Assembly: GCA_002633005.1 (NCBI GenBank) | Contig: NMRA01000225.1 | Span: 488,547-552,546, forward strand | DNA length: 64,000 nt | From: Phoronis australis | Taxonomy: Eukaryota > Animalia > Phoronida | Reading direction: 5' to 3' | Shown: positions 50,385 through 60,000 of the stretch, in pieces | Layout: every line of letters starts with the position of its first letter | Position numbering within the stretch: position 1 is the stretch's first letter | Program-made: the position numbers and the translations under genes | The notes under the pieces: model-generated | What the model was told of the DNA's origin: nothing | The model's database searches: none | Seen by the model: the letters and a program-made list of their open reading frames with translations, nothing else

Positions 50385-52430
50385 TGTGAAGCTTATAGGC
50401 CTACTCCGTTTAGTGCTACATGTAAGGTACGTCTATTCAACCGGTAACACACAATCACATAATAATATTCCAGTGCTGTTATTCATGATAGCTATCGATG
50501 TGAAAATACAATAGGCTCTAAGCAATGTCAGCAGAGATAGTACGTGTTAACTAACTATAAATTTAACATTACGGTACATAATATGTATGTACTTTAAGTT
50601 GTATACGCAGTAGATAAGAAATCATAGTTACTCACCAAGATAAAAATACTACAAACGTTGTTTAGCAGTCAATCTATAAACAGACAGGAGTCCAAAGGAT
50701 TTACCATTATTATGAGTAAATCTACATGTGAAAGCACGAATATGTGTTCGTCTCACTCACACGGTGAACTAAATATGTTTGGAAACACACGGATGCAAAC
50801 CTAACTAAAATAACCAAAGCTAAACGTATTTCTTGGTTAACAATGTATCATAAGCAACGAAAACACTCAAACTATATTGTCTTGCACCCTGACGTTGTCA
50901 TTGTATCAACGAGTAATTTGCAACACATTGTCGGTTTCTCAAAAGAATTAAAAGTTCGGCAATATATGAAAATGGTATCAAGCCAAAATTTACAGCACCG
51001 ACACGAATAAACAGCGTTTCAGTCGGCCATGACCTTCATTAATGCACAAATACACACAATAGTAATCCATTGTACAGAATAGACATATAGAAATATACTT
51101 AATGATTATAATATTTTCACAATTTTGCAAACATGGGCCGATGGCCTTCGAATTCCAGATGGTTCTTCATTTACTCCTCTACTGTTCAAAAAAATCCAGA
51201 TAGATATTTACATACCCAAGGTGCTCCACGTGCGCAACAACATATACTATGCGGTGCCGCACGTGATACCAGCTTCCTCGGATCATAGAACTCTAGCTTA
51301 GAGTTCTGTCCTCAGGCAAAAACTACACAGCAAACAGCGGTGACACAAAGGTAAAATTAACATTCCAGTGCTGTTATTCATAATATCCCTCGATGTTAAA
51401 ATACAATAGTCTCTAAGCAAGGCCAGCAAAGATAGTACGTGTTAACTAACTTTAACATCACGATACATAATATGTATGTACTTTAAGTTGTATACGCAGT
51501 AGATAAGAAATCATAGCTACTCACCCAGTACTTCTGAAGGAGATAAAAATACTACAAACGTTGTTTAGCAGTCAATCTATGTACAAACAGGAATCCAAAG
51601 GATTTAACATTATCATGAGTAAATCTACATGTGAAAGCACGATTATGTGTTTGTCTCATTCACACGGTGAACTAAAATATGTTTAGAAACACACGGGATG
51701 CAAACCTAGCTAAAATAATCTAAGCTAAATGTATTTCTTGGTTAACAATGTATCATAAGCAACGAAAACACTCGAACTATATTGTCTCGCACTCTGACGT
51801 TGTCGTAGTATCAACGGATATTTCGCTACATACTGTTGGTTTCTCAAAATAATTCAAAGCTAGGCAATGTATGAAACTGACATCCAATCAAAATTTACTG
51901 CACCGACACGAATCAACAGCGTTTTGGTCATGACCTTCGTTAATGCAAAAATACACGCAATAATAATCCATTGTACAAGCACTCCCTACGTTACTAGAAA
52001 TATACTAAATGATTATAATAATTTCACGATTTTGCAAACATGGGCCGATGGCCGTCGAATTCCAGATGGTTCGTCATCTACTCCCCTACTGTTCAAAATA
52101 ATCAAGATAGATATTTACATACCCAAGGTGCTCCACGTGCGCAATAACATATACTATGCGGTGCCGCACGTGTTACTAGCTTCCTCGGATCATAGAACTC
52201 TAGCTTAGAGTTCTGTCCTCAAACAAAAACTACACAGCAAACAGCGGGCACGTGTAACTTCCCAGCCCATTTGAAGCTTATAGGTCTACTCCGTTTAGTG
52301 CCAAAGTACGTCTATGCTACCGGTAATACACAGGTAAAATTAATATTCCAGTGCTGTTATTCATAACATTCCTCGATGTGCAAATACAATAGCCTCTAAG
52401 CAATGCCAGCAAACCTAACTAAAGTAACCT
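50385..52430. repeat. About 2.1 copies of a 0.9-1.0-kb diverged tandem repeat between the annexin and RNF213-like 3' ends
   Basis: attccagtgctgttattcat recurs at about 50467, 51362 and 52345; long collinear similarity with indels. Confidence 0.85.
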
Positions 52431-52641
52431 AAGCTAAATTTAGGTAAACCAAGCTAAGCTAATCTGAGCTAAGTTAAACTTAATGCACTTTCGGCAAATT
52501 GGATCGCGTTGACAGAAAGATGGGCACATTTATTTATGCAAGTGAGAAAATCTACGGGTATAGAATAAAGTCACACATACACACGCACACGCACAATGGT
52601 CAGTCAACTTTTGTACAAAGCAATTTACATTTTTACATCAA

Positions 52642-52647
52642 TTTATT
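52642..52647 (-). terminator. Probable polyadenylation signal of the RNF213-like gene
   Basis: AATAAA on the minus strand about 220 nt after the TAG at 52870; a second one at 52529-52534. Confidence 0.45.
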
Positions 52648-52869
52648 ACATGGGTAAATATTTCGGGCAACGATGAAGTTTGCGGAGCTTAGCGTTAAGG
52701 TGAAGAACAGTATTAATCACCGAGAGAATTTTAAAGGCATTTGTTAATATGCAAAGTAATTGTTTCGAAGTCCACTACAACTTGTTCAGGCTATCTCCTC
52801 GTGATTTCTAGTAACTGGCAGAGATATGCGGCAGGTGAAAGTGAGAGATGCCAGCTCGTCTACCATGGA

Positions 52870-52953
52870 CTAGAAGACTAAACTGTACGAGTTCTTGTTT
52901 TTCTTCTTCTTGTCTAAGGGCTTCACGCTTTTTCTGGTCTCAGTAGCTCCTTG
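52870..52953 (-). CDS. RNF213: Probable terminal exon of the RNF213-like gene (QGATETRKSVKPLDKKKKNKNSYSLVF*)
   Basis: Acceptor TTGTTTCAG; phase 0 matches donor CAG|GTGAGT at 57091; followed by AATAAA. Confidence 0.6.
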   Translation of the reverse strand, partial: QGATETRKSVKPLDKKKKNKNSYSLVF

Positions 52954-54278
52954 CTGAAACAATTTTAAGCACAAATATACATCTTCGCCGTGGAAACTGA
53001 ACCGAAAAAATAGTAAAGATAGTTGGTAAAGACAAGGTTGCCGTTGTGGTGTACTGGCCAACACGAAGAAATCCAAAAGATAAAGAATGCGAAAAACCAC
53101 GAGGCGGCAGAAATTACGTGTTGTACTTGTAGAGGAGTTCAGCAGGATGCACAGGTTCCAAAATAGGATAACTTGACATCAAGGCACAACATTTAGGATA
53201 CGCGGTTGTTAAAAGGACGCTAAACCCTGGCTATTTGGTGACGTCAAATAATACGAGTCTTGTGATTCCAGGTGTGTGCTATTTGTCTGTAACTCACCTA
53301 AAGCATTAGTAATGGAGACTTGAGTAGTAGTAGTCAAATTTGCCCACACATTAACTGATGGCGGTAAAAGAGCATTATCTTGTTTTCAAGGGCAAGTTGT
53401 AGTTGATATTCGCAAATAGACCAAAGGAGTATTATTTTTAAGCGGCTGTAAACTAGTGTTGGTCCAAAACATTTCCGAATCGCTATTTTAGTATTACAGT
53501 GCAAGAGACCATGGTCGGCCCAGTAAGTGACACACGAGTTGAAGAACCTGGTTTCAAGAGAAAACGAACTGTCAGCCCTCTCGAAGCTCTAACAATTTGA
53601 GACAATTCCATGAAAGTAAATGGGCTAAATCAAAGACTGTTTTTGTGATGGAAGACGTCAATCAACACTAAAACTAATTGATGAACACTGACAGACGGCG
53701 ACGAAATTTTGGCGGGAACCAACTACTTAGCCATGAATCCCAATGACAAGGAGCTCGGCAGTTGTGCAACGTTGGGGAATCTATTTTACAGCAAGACCAA
53801 GAAGTTGTGATTTATTTTTCACATATTCTTATTCACTTGAATGCACGATGATGCCAATAATTTAACTAAAACAAACATGCCCATTATTAAAATAACATGT
53901 TTGCTAAGCTTTAATAATACTAACAGACAAGACACTTTAATTTGGGGGATTTCATCTACGGCTGAGATGTCGTTTTTCAAATGCGTTATGGGACGGTTGT
54001 CGGCTAGCAAACTGACTTCATAAAGAAATTGAAAATTCGTAAACAGTGTGGCGGAAAACAAGACTTATCACCGAGCTCATCATATTTGAAAGCGCGAGTT
54101 CATTGCAACATGATATTTCGTGCCAGTTACAGCTCGACGCTAAGATAAACGCCAAGTCGCATTTGACGACCTGGCAAAAATCCCAGGTCGCCAAACGAAA
54201 TCTGAGGTCGAAAAATCTCATGTCGCCAAACGAAGGCTGAGGTGGCCAAAATTGAATATCTCGGGCGGCGCCTACATT

Positions 54279-54448
54279 AATTGACCTATCACCAGGATTA
54301 TGAGTGACGGCTTAACTGACCAATCAGAACGCAGGATTCTTGACACACCTTCATTTCCAAGCCGCCATTTTACCCGACAAACAACACGTTGCCGAGTAAA
54401 ACTTATTGTTTGTTTGTCGACATTACGCAAGCTTGCGATTGGTCAATT
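54279..54448 (+). mobile_element. About 170-bp mini-element with TIR AATTGACC(T/A)ATC
   Basis: aattgacctatc ... gattggtcaatt; its interior is a diverged copy of 54669-54778. Confidence 0.5.
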
Positions 54449-55577
54449 CACAGCGTCTTAAAAGTTCATCAACCAAAAACACGGCTGTAGCGCCCCCCAC
54501 TTTGCCCATAAATTCTTAAATATAGGCGAACCTTAATTCTCTAACTCGATTCCTCCCGGCGGCAAACAAACATGACCGCAAGGCAACTGGCGCGAGTTTA
54601 GCCGATCGTGCCCGATTTTTTTCGAACAATTCCGACTTCTGCCTGTCTACTTCATCTCGTCTTGTATGAGATCTATCGCCAGGATTTTAACTGATGGCAT
54701 TCTCGACACACCTTCGTCTGCGTTTCCAAGCCGCCATTTTACCTGGCAAACATCACGTTGTCGGGTAAAGCTTATTTTAGTCTATAGCTCAAGAAATTGA
54801 GATAAGAATGGTGAAACGGTGTTTATATGGTGTGTGTAATTCCGACAGCCATTATTCCGCTCGAGAAGAATATCCCATCACTTTTTGGGCATTCACAAAG
54901 CCGAAGTTGCCTTTGTCTCGGTACCTCCTGGACCCAGCGCATACTAGCTGTAGTACCCAGAAATTGTTGTTTTTAAGGATATTTTTAGTTTTCATTTATT
55001 TTATCCGAATGGATATCGTCTTGTTTCGTAGCAAAAGTGAGGAACATTTCCTTAGTTATTCATATATCCGTAGGCTGGCGTGCAACTGAACTTCTCGCCA
55101 GAATTGACAGAGTCGATCTGCATAGGAGGGGCACTGGATTACTGAACTCAAAGCTTTGTTCGAACTGTTGTCAAGAAAAATAAACTATTAAATTACTTTT
55201 TGTTGAGAACCTTTAGTCAACACTTCGCCTGCTGAGTTAAAGAGAGCTGAATTTTTTATTGTAAAACCAAGAAGTCAAAAATAACTCAAATTCCTTTTTG
55301 AAGCTTCATAAACATGATGCTTGGAATTGTGAAGCTTTAAAGTGTACACAACATGACTCTAGTACCTCAAAATAAATTTTATTACTATATCTTACTTGAT
55401 TTCAGTGCCTTTAGTGCACAGCTCATAAAGAAACACGCAAAAATTGAAAAAATAATGATTATGTACAACGTCATGGGTTGAACCCAAGACGTTCGCCATA
55501 CTGTTCAGATCAGAGACAAAGTGTATAGAGTGAAGTGAAAGCAAAGTACATTTAGCGTCGAGAAGGTTCGTAGAGGG

Positions 55578-55801
55578 ATCAAAAGATGTGTTGCCGGAGG
55601 CTGCAGCAACGGCAGACAGGCAGAGAACGTCTCGGTGTTTCGAAGGACACCAAAGTTGCGCAGAAGTGGCATCACTTCGTGCGCCGAACGAGAGTGGACC
55701 AAGCGCTTTGGTCCGGGGCCACTCTGTGTTTTGCCCACTTTGAGGACTCGTGTTTCGACTTCAGTCACAGGAGATGTTACGATGAAAGCCTGGTTCAATA
55801 A
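55578..55801 (+). pseudogene. Frameshifted THAP zinc-finger (transposase N-terminus remnant)
   Basis: KRCVAGGCSN...VSVF / KDTKVAQKWHHFVRRTR...LCFAHFEDSCF gives the C2CH THAP signature with the conserved W. Confidence 0.75.
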
Positions 55802-55834
55802 AGGGCAATATTTATCATTCAGAAACATCGGCTC

Positions 55835-56083
55835 TTAATTCAGGATCATCTGTTGGATGACTGAGTTGACTCGCCGAGCCCGAGGCCGCTTCTCTCGCGG
55901 GAGGATCCAGTTGGTAAGGCTCAAAGTAGAAAAATACGCAGCCGGAAGCAGATCAAACTTGTTCTCGCTTTCGTGCAACCCCATTTCCTCATCCTGGCCA
56001 CCATTCCCGTACGTTTTTTCAAAGTATTCATTCAATTCTTGCTCATAATCGTCGTCGCTTTCAAATTCACTGCTCTCCGCCAT
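55835..56083 (-). pseudogene. Remnant of the element's second gene (possible KolX N-terminus)
   Basis: AAAATGGCG start and acidic N-terminus; an alternative frame gives FEPYQLDP, resembling the PYxFEP motif recalled for KolX/P2X7-tail-like proteins. Confidence 0.4.
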
Positions 56084-57090
56084 TTTTCAATGCTAGTCAC
56101 TGATCTCTTGTGTTCAACCCATGACGTCACATGGCGGGAAATGTGAAAATTGGCAAAATTGAAAGAAAAATCAAAATTTCGAGCTAATCACACAAAATAA
56201 ACATGGGTTTAGCTAATTTTTACGTCATACCTTTAGTCTGTGGCCACCGGTAATTCAAAATGTGCAAAAATCCATGGTGTGTACTGTTTAAAAAAGAATT
56301 TGAGTTATTTTTGACTTATCGGTTGGAGGCGGAGCTTGCAAAAGGTCAATTTGACCTATCGCAAGCTCCGCTCCGTGGTGGCAAAAGCGCTGATTTCACG
56401 AAATAAACATAACAGCTGCAAATCAAAAGTTTAAATCTCAGAAAAGAAACTGTTATTGATTTAATGTTTGGATGTCAACGCGAAATTTGAAACGCATTTA
56501 GAGGAAATTATTGTCCGACTATTTGATATTCGCTATGGCAACTTGGAATTTTCCCGGGTCGCCAAACAAACTTTGTGGTCGCATTGGCGACGAAAAGGTC
56601 GCCAAATCGATGTATGCAGTATGATTCAATGAAAAGCATACGAAATAAAAACTGGATGTGAGCTACAAATGTATGGAATACATGTACATGTAGATGTATA
56701 CACTTGGCAAATTTTTGCGCGAAAGATTTTCGAGGCACGCGCCATCCGATGAAGCTGAAGTTAAATCTCACGCACCTATCACCACGCCTGCGTTCTGTAG
56801 ACCCAAGAAACTCGCAAGATTACGCATGACTTCGCAAGTCACCCAATTACATTAACCTGACTCGCTAAATTCTTGCATCTACGAAACATAGCCCGAGTTT
56901 CTGCACGTCTACTTCGTTTTCAGTGACGTCAGCGAATGTTTACGAGCCCGGCAACAACCGTCACACAATAAAGTTTGAAAAACGACCATCAGCGCCACTA
57001 GTGGAACGGAACTCCCATAATCAAACATTTTGACTGATTACCTTGATATATGTGCGTCTAATTACAAATCCAAGTATTGGGTCAACTCAC

Positions 57091-60000
57091 CTGAACCCTG
57101 TCCAAGTGCTTCAACACGTGGTAGATGTGCTGCAACTGAATACTGGGGTCAAATATGACTTGCAGGCTTTGAATGAATTCCTGTTCCTCTCCACCACACG
57201 AGCGCAGTTGGTCTTGTACAATTCTTATCAATGGCTGGAATCTATCTGCACCTGTGTTTTGAGGCCATGAAAAATTATTGTAAATGAACCGTCTCAAAAG
57301 CCGAGCTGCCAATTTACTGTCAACGCTTGTCTGTGCAAGTCGAGCATAAAATTGAGCATCAACCTTTTCACGGAACTCAACTGGAAGTTTGTCTTCTGCA
57401 CAACGGCACACTAGCTCATCAAGTACATCACAGAGAGCTGCTAAATGACAAAGCTGTAAAGTGTTGCCAGGAAGAAGCTCACCAGGAAATTCTGGATAAC
57501 GCATCTCGGTGTTAACGTACTCAGTGATCGTCATGGTAGGCGAACACCTTTCACTAGGTCTGTCCCACACTTGAAGTATCACATCTAGGTGTATTTTCAA
57601 TCTTTCGCGGTTTCGTACGTTAACGTCCTCAAGGATTGTCCTGAAAGTGTCAGGCAATGGCTTGTGCTTGGAACTAGTTTTAAAATAGAGCCTCGGAATT
57701 GTATTGGTTGCAACTTCATTGGTATATCGGAAAAAGGGAAACATGTCAAGCAGCACGTGTGCTTTCCCAAAAACAAGTCGCTTGCCGAGGATTAGTTCGA
57801 TTGCATAGAAATCAAACTGGATGTCGTAGCCCATTCCATAATCGACGTTGAACTGGGACCTCTTAAGCAGACCATCCTCCCATTCATCCCACGAGCAATC
57901 GATGATTTGAGAAGTTTTGACGTCAGTTACTGCAGTCATGGGGATAACGGCGGTTGCTTGGTCTTGGAGTAAGAAACTCAAAACCTTACACTCTCCTTTA
58001 GCAGTCATTACCATAACATTCTCAAGGAAACTGTTTTGTATGGAGACCAATGCCTTGATAACTTTGTATATATTCGATTCTTTGTTTACAGCAATGCATT
58101 CTTCTAGTCTCGATCGGTGATGCAATGGCTCCAGTTGCGACAAAGTGGAATCGTACGATGCTAGATGCTCGATGTTCTCGAGTATTCCAATCCAGGATTT
58201 TTGAAGATCGTTGAAGGCCTGCAACAACTTTAGTTTTGCCTTTGTATCTTGAGTGCTTTCCATAACATCCATAATGAAATTACTGGAGTGTGTGCGGAGA
58301 ACGGCGTTACTTTTAAACGTATTAATTGTGTTTTGCCATACGAGTAAGGATTTCAGAAATTTGACGAGGGAGATACAATCTTTCACAAAGTAAAAATAGC
58401 CCAGAAATGGATTTCTGTTTTTCCACTTGCTCGTCATGTAAGCACCATATAAACTTTGAGCCGTCTTGACAGGTGTGAATCTAAACAGCGTCTGAACAAA
58501 GTTTCCGCTTTCGTTCTCAGGTAACTCCTCAATCGCAGACTCAAACGAATCTAAAGAGAAGCACGCTGTGTCACGCATAAACTCCTTGATGATTCGGTGT
58601 CGCCTCTGCACTAACTCACTTACCTCGATGGTAAAAAATTGCATCCACTCGTCACTCTCTTCTGCTGAGTTGAATGTGCAGGTGCCTTTGAGTAACAGTG
58701 GCTGCAAACGTTGTACTACTATATGTAAGAAACAGCAAATGTGGTTTGCTGGCAAACAGAACATATCTTGCAGTCGATTCCACAAAGCCATTATTTGATC
58801 GACCTCGTTTTCGACTTCAGATACGCTGTGCTCTGTTAATGCATACCCGGACAAAATGCTACTGTGAAGAAGCAATTTGAAGATCACGTAAGGTGGAGAA
58901 TTGCAGTTTGGAATATTCCAGCTTGGTACTCTATACGGAATGGTAGTACAGTGTTCCTCTGAATGCTCCTCTCGGCGGGTACCACACATAGGGCACACGC
59001 CAAAAGTCGTTACAGTTTTATGCATGCAACTACACTCGATAGCCCGAAAGTTAGGTTGATGGGTTGAAGTGGTGTCGACGTGGATTTTAGGAATGCATAA
59101 CTGCTTCAGTTCAGACGGGTTAAAGAATGCCTTCGTGAATAAACCGGAGATGACCATGCTGCCTCCTGTCGTAACCTCGTCTTCGCACGACACGGCCACG
59201 CATGCCATGTGAACAGCTACCGAAGCCACAAGCACAGTTTTCAGGTCACTTGTCGGTGAAATGTCAAGCATAGAACTACTAAACCTCTTGTTAAATGAAA
59301 GGCACTTCAAAATATTTGCAAAGGCAGTTGGGAAATGTGCCGTGAGCTCAGATACACGTTGTCCAGTATCCTTTTCAGAAGGCTTAAGTTGCCTAAGCCC
59401 AGACACCAAGTACATTCTGTCCACAATCATAGCTAAAAGGGCGTGTCTCTTTTCCACAGATGTACTAGCTTCAAGTATACAATCTTCCATGTCGATCTCG
59501 TCTCCATTCAATAGTTTCAAGAATGAGTCACATGCTTTGTGATACCCTGGTGTTAAGGACATAACATTAAACCCAATGGGATTCACGTTCGGAGAGTTCG
59601 TCCAGTTTGTGTTTTGAAGAACAGGAAGTTTGCAACTGTAGTTATTACAAATCATTTGCAATTCTGTGAGTCCCATATCGAAATGCATAACTTTAAAAAG
59701 GAATTGTATCAATAAGTCTTTTGAACTGGAAGTGCCTTCTATCAACTGCGAAACTTGTTGGAGGACGCTGTCGGACACGAGTCGTGTCTTATTGGATAGT
59801 TGTCCACCAACAACTCTAATAAACGCTTTCAAGTAACCAGCAGCAACCACAAATTTAACTGACTTACCGTGTCCCTCAGAAACTACCGCTTGTGATCTTC
59901 TTGCGTTTTGAAGATATTCAGATACAGAGTCGTCGCATAATTCCACCGTCATTCGTCTGAATAGATCAATTTCAACAACATCGCACATCAAGACTGCTAA

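Larger units (their letters stand above)
55341..56287 (+). mobile_element. Internally deleted Kolobok-like DNA transposon
   Basis: TTAA TSDs (55337-55340, 56288-56291); 15-bp TIR with 12/15 match; frameshifted THAP domain on + and a convergent acidic ORF on -. Confidence 0.72.
54669..56350 (+). mobile_element. Decayed THAP-containing DNA transposon (possibly PIF/Harbinger/ISL2EU group) hosting the Kolobok-like insertion
   Basis: THAP N-terminus MVKRCLYGVCNSDS...FWAFTKPK at 54808. The left end is shared with the mini-element; the right end gcttgcaaaaggtcaat resembles the mini-element end gcttgcgattggtcaat. Confidence 0.45.

Noticed and set aside
51120-51340. Possible U2 snRNA, spliced-leader RNA, snoRNA or ribozyme within the tandem repeat
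   Set aside because: Only short coincidental matches (GTGTAGT, a GATTTTTTTG Sm-like site not conserved in the second copy); no complete box set or catalytic core recognisable.
53819-54240. Possible hAT transposase remnant
   Set aside because: Only a vague resemblance; no catalytic or zinc-finger motif and no clear TIR/TSD found.
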